IMG/VR virus record: IMGVR_UViG_2728369221_000001
Location: 1-45,294 of that record
Strand: one strand, 5' to 3'
DNA: 45,294 nt
Source of the DNA: a virus
The position numbers were made by a program, and so were the translations under genes. A model generated the notes under the pieces. That model saw only the letters and a list, made by a program, of their open reading frames with translations, did no database searches and was not told where the DNA came from. This document shows positions 9,144 to 17,735 of the stretch, piece by piece (the stretch's first letter is position 1; each line of letters opens with the position of its first letter).

Positions 9144-9649
9144 TGGCGAAGTCGATCACCGATGTCGCGGGCCGCACCTACGGCGAAGCGCGGTACAAGG
9201 AGGGCGAAGCGGGCAGCGATCTCACGCCCGGCGAGCTGCTCGTCCAGACCGGGACGAACGCGGACGGCGAGCCGATCTACGACGCCGTCTCGACGGTCGA
9301 CAAGCTGGGGCCGGAAGCGCAGTTTGCGATGGTCCCGTCGACGCCGCCGGCGCGCGACGTCTCCGACGCAGACCCGATCGAACAGACGATCCCCAGCGGA
9401 ACCCTCGTCGAAGTCCGGGTTTTCACCGCCGGCGAGACCGTGCAGAACGCACTGCTCGCCTCCGGGTCGGACCTTGCGACGGCGTCGAACGCGAACGTCT
9501 CGCCGGGTGACCGACTCGGCTCCAACGACGACGGGTCGCTGAAGATCACGACGACCGGCGGCGCTGCCGTGGCCGTCGCGCGCGAAGCGAACGACAACTC
9601 TGGCGCGGCCGCGGGAGAGCGTGCCCGCCTCAACGTGGAGGTGCTCTAA
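9143..9649 (+). CDS. Capsid decoration/stabilising protein, 168 aa
   Basis: Small beta-rich, Ala/Gly-rich protein between protease and MCP; PGDRLGSNDDG motif. Confidence 0.7.
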   Translation: MAKSITDVAGRTYGEARYKEGEAGSDLTPGELLVQTGTNADGEPIYDAVSTVDKLGPEAQFAMVPSTPPARDVSDADPIEQTIPSGTLVEVRVFTAGETVQNALLASGSDLATASNANVSPGDRLGSNDDGSLKITTTGGAAVAVAREANDNSGAAAGERARLNVEVL

Positions 9650-9652
9650 ATC

Positions 9653-10789
9653 ATGCAGGCTAACACTGGAACGCCGAACGATCTCGAACCGCCGACGCAA
9701 CTGCATCGGACCGCACTGTTCGGGCAGACGCCCCAGCAGCGACAGCAGGCGCGCAAGCAGATCCGCGCCAACTCCGAACGCGGCCCGTCGTTCTGGGAGA
9801 CGCTCGACGGCGCGTTCACGATGGGCTACCTCAACCCGCAGCCCCAAGCCAACGCGTCGCCGCGGGCCAACGCCCAGCTCTTCGACTACGACGAGTGGGC
9901 GAACCGCTCCGACGAGATCATCGACGAGGTCGACCTCGAGCTCACGCTGCTGGACGACGCCCTCGGCATCGACACGGTCAACAGCGACCTGTCGTTCACC
10001 GTCTACACCGAGCAGGCCGAGTCGAACATGCAGACCGAAGCCGAGGTCAGCATGGACGGCCAAGCGAAGGGTGACGAAGACGGCACCGCGACGCTGCCAG
10101 TCGGCGTCGCCCAGCCGATCATCCACGTCGACTACTCGATCGGCGCCCGCGATCAGGCGCAGTCCCAGAACATGGGCTCGGACAAGGAGGCGCGGAAGGC
10201 CGAAGAGGCCGGCCGCCTCATCCGCGAGAAGGAAGACGAGATCATGCTGAACGGCTGGGGCATCGACGTCCAAGGCCCGAACGGCGGGACGTTCTCCGTC
10301 GACGGCTACCTCACCACCGACGCCCGGATCACGGGCTCGGCACCGGGCACGTGGACCAGCTCGTCGCTGTCGAACGTGCAGGACACCGTCGAGCAGATGG
10401 TCGAAGAGCTCGAGACGCTCGGCCCGAACAACGACCGCAACCTGATGCCGCGGTCCCGAGGCGTCTACCTCTACTACAACCAGACGCACAACAGCGTCCT
10501 CGACAAGGCCGACCCGCGCGGCGACGGCAACCAGTCCGTCCGCCAGCGCCTCCAGCAGGACCATCCGTACGTCACGCTGCGTGAGACGCCCTTCATCCCC
10601 GACGGCGAGGCAGTCATGGTCGTGCGCGACTCGCGCGTCATGTCGGTCGTCAACGCGCAGGGTCCGACCAACCTCAGCTGGGAGCCCGGCCCGATGGCGA
10701 CCCGGTACAAGGCCCTGTCGAGCCGCGTGCCGTTCTTCCGGTCGACCTACGACGACATCCTCGGCGTCGTCAACTACGACGGGATCTGA
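9653..10789 (+). CDS. Major capsid protein (HK97 fold, encapsulin/linocin-like), 378 aa
   Basis: Size and synteny; PIIHVDYSIGAR and EDEIMLNGW motifs. Confidence 0.9.
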   Translation: MQANTGTPNDLEPPTQLHRTALFGQTPQQRQQARKQIRANSERGPSFWETLDGAFTMGYLNPQPQANASPRANAQLFDYDEWANRSDEIIDEVDLELTLLDDALGIDTVNSDLSFTVYTEQAESNMQTEAEVSMDGQAKGDEDGTATLPVGVAQPIIHVDYSIGARDQAQSQNMGSDKEARKAEEAGRLIREKEDEIMLNGWGIDVQGPNGGTFSVDGYLTTDARITGSAPGTWTSSSLSNVQDTVEQMVEELETLGPNNDRNLMPRSRGVYLYYNQTHNSVLDKADPRGDGNQSVRQRLQQDHPYVTLRETPFIPDGEAVMVVRDSRVMSVVNAQGPTNLSWEPGPMATRYKALSSRVPFFRSTYDDILGVVNYDGI

Positions 10790-10791
10790 CG

Positions 10792-11037
10792 ATGACGCTC
10801 TACCACAGTGACGTCGACGACGGCGTCAACGGTGACGAGGGCGTCGAGCAGATCATCGAGAACCACCCCGACTACGCAGAGTTCGACGAGGAGGGCCGTC
10901 TCGTCCTCACGCTCGACGATCTCCAGCGCGAAGAAAAGCGGAAGTCGCTGCTCTTCGCCGCTGCTGCGGCAATCGAGGCGTCGGACGAGTACGACCTCGC
11001 CACCGAGCCCGAAGTCGAATGGGTAGGTGGTGAGTGA
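10792..11037 (+). CDS. Hypothetical head-associated protein, 81 aa
   Basis: Acidic ORF directly after the MCP; ends in an SD (ggtggtga) for the next gene. Confidence 0.75.
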   Translation: MTLYHSDVDDGVNGDEGVEQIIENHPDYAEFDEEGRLVLTLDDLQREEKRKSLLFAAAAAIEASDEYDLATEPEVEWVGGE

Positions 11038-11396
11038 TGGCGGACTACCGCTGGGTGGGCGCTCACGCCTACCGCGATCACCGGAATGATCGCGTCATCG
11101 AGCCCGGCGAGGAGATCGGCGACGACGCCGAACGGATCGTCGCTGCTCACCCGCACGATGTCGAGCAGATCGACGCGGACGACGCCGGCTTCGAGTCGTT
11201 CGAGGACGGCATCGAGACGGTGCGCGACGCCGTCAGCTTCGATCCCGCCGAGCGCACGAACGACGAGATCGCCGACCTCGTCGAGGACATCGACAACCGC
11301 GAGGAACTCGCCGCGATCCGCGACCTCGAGCAGCACGAGCAGAACCGCTCGGGCGCGCTGGACGCGATCAACGACCGACTCGACGAACTCGAGTAA
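11037..11396 (+). CDS. Hypothetical head protein with helical C-terminus (Rho-N/HeH-like), 119 aa
   Basis: Acidic ORF with SD; RSGALDAINDRLDEL C-terminus. Confidence 0.7.
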   Translation: MADYRWVGAHAYRDHRNDRVIEPGEEIGDDAERIVAAHPHDVEQIDADDAGFESFEDGIETVRDAVSFDPAERTNDEIADLVEDIDNREELAAIRDLEQHEQNRSGALDAINDRLDELE

Positions 11397-11408
11397 CAAC
11401 GTTACAGC

Positions 11409-11786
11409 ATGGCAGTCCAACCTGACGACGTAGCCGACGCACTCGGATCGACAGACCTCGCAGACAGCCAGCTACAGGCGCTCATCGACGCCGCCGGCCG
11501 GATGTACGACCGGCGGATCGAGGGCAAGACCGTCGACGCCGAGGCGCGTGACGACGTCGTCACGCAGCTGGCCGCCCACTTGGTCGCCAGCGGTCCAGAA
11601 CGCCAAGTCAGCTCTGCTGGCGAAGGCGGCGGGAACGTCTCTTTCGAGGGCGAGACCGGCGAAGGACTGTCGGGAACGACCTACGGCCAGACGGCTGTAC
11701 TGCTCGACCCGACGGGGTCGCTCGCCGGCGCCGACAAACCGAGCGCCTCGATCGACGTGCCCAACGCGAAAGGTCTTGACCGATGA
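11409..11786 (+). CDS. Head-tail adaptor, 125 aa
   Basis: Helical N-terminus, LAAHL and T.YGQ motifs, synteny. Confidence 0.75.
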   Translation: MAVQPDDVADALGSTDLADSQLQALIDAAGRMYDRRIEGKTVDAEARDDVVTQLAAHLVASGPERQVSSAGEGGGNVSFEGETGEGLSGTTYGQTAVLLDPTGSLAGADKPSASIDVPNAKGLDR

Positions 11787-12268
11787 CCAACTTCGACTTC
11801 GACATCCGTGGCGTCGGGGCCCACAAGCGCGAGCTCCAGGACGAAGCAGCGGACTGGAGCAAGCCCTCGGGGACGTGGCACGTTGGCACCGCGGTTGAGT
11901 ACGGCGTGTTCCTGGAGTTCGGCACCTCAAAGATGGATCCGAAACCGTTCTTCCGGCCGGCGTTGGCGGAAGCCGAGCGTGACCTCTCGGCGTTCGTTCG
12001 TGATAACACGGAGACGTCGCTGGAGCAGATCGACGGGCCACGAGAGCTCGTTCGCGTCATCGCGCTCGCACTCGAGCGCCGCGTGAAGGAGATCATCACT
12101 GAGAAAGGACTGGTCGACACCGGCGTGCTCCGTGCGTCAGTGCTTGCGGTGCCGTCGTCGCCGAGTTCGTTGCCAGACGCTGAGGATTTCGACCCGCCCG
12201 AAACCGGGTCGTTGCCGGCAAACGCCGGGCAGGATCTCGTCCAGCGCAACATCGAGGTGAGTGCCTGA
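11783..12268 (+). CDS. HK97 gp10-like tail completion protein, 161 aa
   Basis: VEYGVFLEFGTSKMDPKPFFRPA and VDTGVLRAS motifs. Confidence 0.85.
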   Translation: MTNFDFDIRGVGAHKRELQDEAADWSKPSGTWHVGTAVEYGVFLEFGTSKMDPKPFFRPALAEAERDLSAFVRDNTETSLEQIDGPRELVRVIALALERRVKEIITEKGLVDTGVLRASVLAVPSSPSSLPDAEDFDPPETGSLPANAGQDLVQRNIEVSA

Positions 12269-12269
12269 G

Positions 12270-12656
12270 ATGGCTGGCGACCGTATCGCCGACGCGCTGC
12301 GGCGCGTCCACTCCACCGAGCTCGCGAACACCTCGATCGAGGTGTACGAGCCTACGACCACCTACAGCCAGGGCGACGGCTGGACCGTTTCCTATCCCGA
12401 TCTCCCGAACGCAGCATACGACGCCCGCATCGACTCGCCGAGTGCGGACAGCGACCGGGACCGATCCGGCACCACGTCGGAGATCGACGTCATCGTGCGC
12501 GTCCGCGACGACACCGGCCAGCAGTGGACTGGCTGGGGAGAGGAAACCGAGGCCCCGGTTCGGATCCGGGATGCCGCCGACCAGACCATGTACGAGGTCC
12601 AGGACGACATCGACCAGCACAACGGCACGATCGAGCTTGAGGCGGTGGGGGTCTAA
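12270..12656 (+). CDS. Head closure/stopper protein, 128 aa
   Basis: Beta-rich, synteny, SD gaggtga upstream. Confidence 0.65.
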   Translation: MAGDRIADALRRVHSTELANTSIEVYEPTTTYSQGDGWTVSYPDLPNAAYDARIDSPSADSDRDRSGTTSEIDVIVRVRDDTGQQWTGWGEETEAPVRIRDAADQTMYEVQDDIDQHNGTIELEAVGV

Positions 12657-12661
12657 CCCGG

Positions 12662-12784
12662 ATGCCAGACACAACCCTCACCGTCCACAGTTGCACGGAG
12701 TGCGGCGCTAAACCGATGAACTGCAACTGCGTCGCCGCCGGTGCATGGAGATCCGTCACGGTAACAGCGGTGATCGGCCGATGA
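12662..12784 (+). CDS. Unannotated Cys microprotein, 40 aa (CTEC...CNC)
   Basis: Manual translation MPDTTLTVHSCTECGAKPMNCNCVAAGAWRSVTVTAVIGR*; fills the gap exactly and overlaps the next ATG (ATGA). Confidence 0.6.
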   Translation: MPDTTLTVHSCTECGAKPMNCNCVAAGAWRSVTVTAVIGR

Positions 12785-13314
12785 CGAAGACACGACTCTC
12801 TGACAGCGCCGAGCAGGTCTTCATCGACCAGGCGCTGCTCGAAGACTGGGATCCTGCCGGCGCCGTCGGCTACGACGTCCACGCGAGTCCCGGTGAGGAG
12901 GCGTTCATCCCGGTCGGCGAGTCTCTCGAGGACGTCGGCGAGACCTACCCGTCGCTGACAGTGCAGCGGACGAACGAGACGGCGCCCGGCAGCACTGGCT
13001 ACAATTTCATCACGGCCGAGGGGCCTGGCCAGGATCGCACTGGCCAGCTGCTCGTTACGGCGCGGGCCGAAGCCAGCCAGGAGGGCTACACCGGTAACTC
13101 GTCCCAGCATGATCCCGTCGACGCAGAGGATGTCGTCGACGAGCTCATCAACGAGGTCGAAGACGTCTGCCTCGCGAACGCCACGCCGCTGGACACCGAG
13201 TTCAATAGCCTCGGCTCGTACCGCGGCGCCGATGCACCGGACGACTACGACGCGACGCCGACGGTGTTCCTCGAGCAGTGCGTCGTCCTCTATTCCTGGA
13301 GTCGGCTACCCTGA
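12781..13314 (+). CDS. Tail terminator-like protein, 177 aa
   Basis: YPSLTV motif and position before the tail tube; likely ATG 12781. Confidence 0.65.
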   Translation: MTKTRLSDSAEQVFIDQALLEDWDPAGAVGYDVHASPGEEAFIPVGESLEDVGETYPSLTVQRTNETAPGSTGYNFITAEGPGQDRTGQLLVTARAEASQEGYTGNSSQHDPVDAEDVVDELINEVEDVCLANATPLDTEFNSLGSYRGADAPDDYDATPTVFLEQCVVLYSWSRLP

Positions 13315-13328
13315 CTCCGTTTCCAACC

Positions 13329-13515
13329 ATGTTCATCCAGACCAGCAATCAGCAGCTCCAGAGCCTCTACAACGAGGACCTGATGGGAGACGACTACGAC
13401 CCCCCCGGGCGTCGAATTCTCGTCGAACGGCGTGGCGCAGGTCACCCAGGAGGTCGGCGAGCGGCTCGTGGAGCACTACGACGACATCACCCCGAAGGAG
13501 ACCGATAACGAATGA
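13329..13515 (+). pseudogene. Small tail-region gene split by a +1 frameshift at a C7 run (61 aa if corrected)
   Basis: Frame 0 reads MFIQ...DDYDPP then becomes Arg-rich; the +1 frame continues GVEFSSNGVAQVTQEVGERLVEHYDDITPKETDNE* with ATGA overlap to the tail tube. Confidence 0.75.
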
Positions 13516-14765
13516 GCCTATCTGAATCACAGAGCGGCACGACAGCAGAGTCTGGCGCGCTTCCCGGGCGCTACGAGTGGGTCGAAGAGCCCTCGCCCGG
13601 CGCAGTACCAACCGATCCGGAGTGGAACCGATTCTCCGACGTCATCCGGACGTTCGAAATGGACGTCGGCGCGACGCTTGCCCGACAGGATAGCCTCGGG
13701 ACGCCCGACGCGGTCGACCATAATCGCGGGCCAGAAGAGCCGGAGGCGACGGTCGGCTACGACCTCCAGCAGTTCCCCGTCGACGGCAGCGGCAACCCCG
13801 TCGACGCATCGGCGTACGGCATCCTTCGCGACCAGTACAACGACCTGCTCGGGACACTGCTCGCGGTCGGCCGTCGCGAGTACGGCGGCGGGAACGACGG
13901 CGCCGGCGTTCGCGAGTACTCTGTCGTCCGCGGCGCCGGCGTCGACTCTGTCTCCCCGACGCTCGACCCGTCCGGCGAGCAGCCGATCCTGATGGAGCTC
14001 GGCCTGACCACGCGGAAGAATCGTTCCTACAAGATCCACCAGCCGAGCGCAGGGACGACGCTCGACATCGTGTCGACAAACGCAAACGACACGATGGACA
14101 TCACGATCGAGAGCGAGGACGGCAGTACGACCGAGACGATCGCCCTGACCGGTGATACGGCGGTCACGACGACGTCGACGTTCAGCGACATCGACGCGAT
14201 CTGGCTCGCCGACAACCCGGAGGGCAACGTCACGATCTCCGACGGGTCCGGTACGACGCTCTGCGAGCTGACCGGCGGCCTGGAGTACAGCGACGATGAC
14301 CAGCCGGTCGACGGCGACCGGGGCGTCCCGCCGACCGGCGCCGGCAGTCACGCCAGTGCCATCGGCTCGAGCTTCGAGCACTTCGTCGGCGACCGTTTCG
14401 AGCGGCCGGCTGGCGAGGCGGTCCGGGCGCGGATCAACTCGGCGTCCTGGACGGTGGAGAACAACATCAACACACAGGCGCTCCACCAGACGCGCGCGCC
14501 GGCGCTCGACGCTGGGAACCGCGATGTCTCCGTCGACGCCGACGCAGCTGGCCCGTACGTCAGCCACAAATCGATGATGGAGAGCCTGCAGAAGGTCCAG
14601 CAGGATATCGAGCACGAACTCTCGGGTGGAACCGTCCGGTTCAAGAACGGCGTCCCGACCGACTCCGCAACGCGGACCATCGAAGCCGAGCAGGCCGTCG
14701 CGAGCGTCTCGGAGACGTTCGGTTGCTCGGGCGATCCCGCGATCGAACTGGAGGCGAGTAACTGA
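13512..14765 (+). CDS. Major tail tube protein, 417 aa
   Basis: Largest gene before chaperone and TMP; SASWTVENN motif; no sheath gene, so a non-contractile tail. Confidence 0.85.
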   Translation: MSLSESQSGTTAESGALPGRYEWVEEPSPGAVPTDPEWNRFSDVIRTFEMDVGATLARQDSLGTPDAVDHNRGPEEPEATVGYDLQQFPVDGSGNPVDASAYGILRDQYNDLLGTLLAVGRREYGGGNDGAGVREYSVVRGAGVDSVSPTLDPSGEQPILMELGLTTRKNRSYKIHQPSAGTTLDIVSTNANDTMDITIESEDGSTTETIALTGDTAVTTTSTFSDIDAIWLADNPEGNVTISDGSGTTLCELTGGLEYSDDDQPVDGDRGVPPTGAGSHASAIGSSFEHFVGDRFERPAGEAVRARINSASWTVENNINTQALHQTRAPALDAGNRDVSVDADAAGPYVSHKSMMESLQKVQQDIEHELSGGTVRFKNGVPTDSATRTIEAEQAVASVSETFGCSGDPAIELEASN

Positions 14766-15166
14766 TGTCTGAACAGGACACAACCCCGTCGATCACGGAG
14801 GTAGCGCACGACCGCGACGGCGATGGCGAGCTCATGGCCGTCACGGAGGACGTCGAGATCCACGGCCAGGAGTACGAGGCCGAGATCTATCCGGCGACGA
14901 CTGGCCAGCGGAACGAATGGACGCAGCGCCTCGAGGGCGAGGACGAAGAGCTCTCCGATGAGCTGACCGCCGAACTCCTCGACGAGTTTGCTACACACGA
15001 GCCCGAGGACTTCGGCGCCGACTCGTGGGACGACGTCCGCCCGGCCGTCACCGACGCTCTCGGGAACGCCATCCTCGCGAAGATGTTCGATGCCGAAGAC
15101 ACCGACGAGTTCGTCGAGGCACTCGAGGAGGCCGCCCAGGGAGCGACCGAGGGAAATCAGGACTGA
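14765..15166 (+). CDS. Tail assembly chaperone (gpG-like), 133 aa
   Basis: Between tube and TMP; ends just after a slippery site. Confidence 0.85.
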   Translation: MSEQDTTPSITEVAHDRDGDGELMAVTEDVEIHGQEYEAEIYPATTGQRNEWTQRLEGEDEELSDELTAELLDEFATHEPEDFGADSWDDVRPAVTDALGNAILAKMFDAEDTDEFVEALEEAAQGATEGNQD

Positions 15167-15204
15167 GCCGCGTCGAACTCCGAGCGAGCTTCGACGCGTG
15201 GCTC
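15151..15204 (+). promoter_or_regulatory. -1 programmed ribosomal frameshift signal
   Basis: G GGA AAT heptamer (15151-15157) in the chaperone frame, 7-nt spacer, then stem GAGCCGCGTCGAA/TTCGACGCG(TG)GCTC (15165-15204). Confidence 0.9.
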
Positions 15205-15414
15205 CACAAGGAGTGCGGGCTCACGTTCATGGACGTCGCCGAGTACACGCCCCAAGAACTCGCCCGGCTCCAGTTAGGCTTCATCATCAGGGAACAGCCG
15301 CAACAGAACGCCGACCACTCTGGGACGCACGCCAGTTCGCGGAAACGCGAACTGCAACGCGGCCAGCAGAAGGCCCGCCAAGAGATGCTTGACGATCTCG
15401 GCGTCGAGGCCTGA
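15157..15414 (+). CDS. -1 frame extension of the chaperone (gpGT-like fusion, about 216 aa)
   Basis: -1 frame open to 15414 (WLHKECGLTFMDVAEYTPQEL), resembling gpT-type segments. Confidence 0.85.
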   Translation, partial: SGLSRVELRASFDAWLHKECGLTFMDVAEYTPQELARLQLGFIIREQPQQNADHSGTHASSRKRELQRGQQKARQEMLDDLGVEA

Positions 15415-15435
15415 CCGACACGACCACCTTTTATC

Positions 15436-17733
15436 ATGCCCGGAAATCCACTCCACGCAGAAGTTACTGCAGATAGCGCCGACTACGTGAGCGCAGTTGA
15501 GGCCGCGGTCCAGAGCTCGGAACGACTCAGTGACGAAGCAACCGAGACAGCGGCCGCCATGCATCTCCTGCAAGGCCGCGTCGAGAAGGCCGGCAACGAG
15601 GCGCTGGCTGCCGGCGCGAAAGCAGGCGCGTCGAGCAGCGGCTTCTCGTCGCTCGCGGCGTCGGCGGCCTCGACGCAAGTGTCGTTCAACAGCTTGAGCG
15701 CCGCCACGCTGACGACGCTGATCCCGGCGCTGCTGGCGCTCTCGACCGTGATGGCGCCACTGCTGGCCGCGATGGGCGGCTTCATCACCGTCGCCGGCTC
15801 GATCGCCGGCCTCGGCCTCGCCGGCTTCATCGGCGCCGTCGCAACGAACGGCGAACAACTTCAGTCCACGTTCGACCAACTCACGGCGACGATCCGATCG
15901 GAGTTCGCTCCAGTCTTCGATGAGTTCGCTCGCGTGCTCGACACGCTGATGCTGTCGCTGATCGACACCATCCCCGAGCTCGTCCCGGCCCAAGACGTGG
16001 TTCGGGAGCTGGCGAATCAGTTCCTCGCGCTCGGCGAGTCGATCATCGGCTCGTTGCCGGCCTTCGCGGAGATGGCCACCACGCTGGCAACGCGATTCTT
16101 GCCGCCGTTCGTCGAGTGGACCGAGGGAGTCCTCCCGCGCGTGCCCGGGATGCTGCAGAACCTGATCCCGGTGATGCTTGAGGTCGGCGCGACGCTCGGC
16201 CCACTTGCCCAGTCGTTCGTCGAGATCGCGCCGACGATGACAGAGTTCGGGACGCGCGTCCTGAACATCGTCACGCCGGCGCTCACGATGGCCGTCCAAG
16301 CCTTTGATCGCGCGATGGACGCGGTCAACAGCCTCGACAACAACGTCGCTTCGTTCGTCTCGACGATGACACTGGTCTCGCCGGTTTTGGCGAAGGCGGC
16401 GCTCGCGCTCGCCAGCATCAGCAACCCGGCGGCCGCGGCGGCGGTGGCGATCGGGACGCTCGGCGCTGCGTGGGCGACCAACGTCTACGGCATCCGCGAC
16501 GCCACCAGCGAGGCGCTCGAAGAGACCCAAGGCGTGGTCACATCGCGCTTCGAGGCCATCGCTGAGGCCGTCCAAGATGTCGGCAGCCGACTCTGGAGCG
16601 GTATCCTGAAACCGGTGCTGTCGCTGATCGAGCGCCAGTGGAGCGTCCACGGCCGGACGCTCATCCGTGAGGCCCAGCAGACGTTCGGGACGATCCAGCG
16701 GACGATCAGCCGCATCCTGCGCGGCATCTACCGCACCACGGTCCGGCCGGTGCTCCGGCTGATGACCCAAGCATGGAACGTCTTCGGTGACGACATCATG
16801 AAGATCGCCGACGCGGCGTTCGGGACGATCCTCACGATCGCCGAGACGGGGATGGACCTCATCATGACGGCCGTGACGGTCGGGATGCAGGTCCTCCAAG
16901 GCGACTGGGAGGGCGCGTGGAACTCGATCGTCGGCTTCGCTCAGCGAACGTGGCGCCGACTGGTCACGTGGCTCCAGACGGACGCAATCTCGCTGCTGAC
17001 CGGCGCGTTCGGGCTGTTGATCACGGGCGCACAGACCGCGCTGAACTACCTGATCGGCACCGGCGAACGGACGCTGTACGGCGACATCAAGAACGTGCTC
17101 GGTGCGATCGACACGTACCTCATCGGCACCGGTGTCAGCCTGATCAAGGGCGCGTTCGGGACGATCGTCAGCAGCGCGAAGACGGCGCTGGGCTACTTGA
17201 TCGGCACCGGCGAGGGCACGCTGCACGGCGACGTGACGGGCGTCGTCGGCGACATCGTCACCTACCTCACCGACGAGTTCGGCCCCAACGCAAAGGACGC
17301 GATCGTCGGCGCTCTCAGAGGGGCTGGCGAAGCAGCTGCCGAAGCGCTCAAGCAAGCGTTCAATCACGCCGTCCCGTCCTCGATCGGCATTGACGAGGTC
17401 GAGATACAGGGCCAGACCGTCGTCCCAGAGAAGCGCATCGACCTGCCGCAACTCGACACCGGCGGGCTGATCGAAGAGGAAGGTCTGTACGTCGGCCACC
17501 CCGGCGAGCGCGTGCTCAACCCTGCCGAGACGCGTCAGCTTGAGCAATTCGACCAGACCGCGATGGCTGGTGGCGAGGTTGACGTCGAAGACGATGTCCG
17601 CCGCGCGCTCGAGCAGGCTGATCGGACCGACGTGGTCGCGCAGAAGCTGGACGCGCTGATCCGCACGATCGAGGAGGGGATGGACGTCGACGTGACGATC
17701 GAGGACAGCAGCGGCCGCCACGACCCATTCTGA
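15436..17733 (+). CDS. Tape measure protein, 765 aa
   Basis: Long Ala/Leu-rich helical ORF, GDWEGAWNSI repeats, C-terminal TGGLI...HPGERVL motif. Confidence 0.93.
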   Translation: MPGNPLHAEVTADSADYVSAVEAAVQSSERLSDEATETAAAMHLLQGRVEKAGNEALAAGAKAGASSSGFSSLAASAASTQVSFNSLSAATLTTLIPALLALSTVMAPLLAAMGGFITVAGSIAGLGLAGFIGAVATNGEQLQSTFDQLTATIRSEFAPVFDEFARVLDTLMLSLIDTIPELVPAQDVVRELANQFLALGESIIGSLPAFAEMATTLATRFLPPFVEWTEGVLPRVPGMLQNLIPVMLEVGATLGPLAQSFVEIAPTMTEFGTRVLNIVTPALTMAVQAFDRAMDAVNSLDNNVASFVSTMTLVSPVLAKAALALASISNPAAAAAVAIGTLGAAWATNVYGIRDATSEALEETQGVVTSRFEAIAEAVQDVGSRLWSGILKPVLSLIERQWSVHGRTLIREAQQTFGTIQRTISRILRGIYRTTVRPVLRLMTQAWNVFGDDIMKIADAAFGTILTIAETGMDLIMTAVTVGMQVLQGDWEGAWNSIVGFAQRTWRRLVTWLQTDAISLLTGAFGLLITGAQTALNYLIGTGERTLYGDIKNVLGAIDTYLIGTGVSLIKGAFGTIVSSAKTALGYLIGTGEGTLHGDVTGVVGDIVTYLTDEFGPNAKDAIVGALRGAGEAAAEALKQAFNHAVPSSIGIDEVEIQGQTVVPEKRIDLPQLDTGGLIEEEGLYVGHPGERVLNPAETRQLEQFDQTAMAGGEVDVEDDVRRALEQADRTDVVAQKLDALIRTIEEGMDVDVTIEDSSGRHDPF

Positions 17734-17735
17734 TC

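Noticed and set aside
8717-10564. 615-aa minus-strand ORF and similar long antisense ORFs (7071-8342, 13527-14783)
   Set aside because: Mirror frames of well-supported structural genes.
15274-17721. 815-aa minus-strand ORF
   Set aside because: Antisense shadow of the tape measure gene; Arg-rich, typical of high-GC codon bias.
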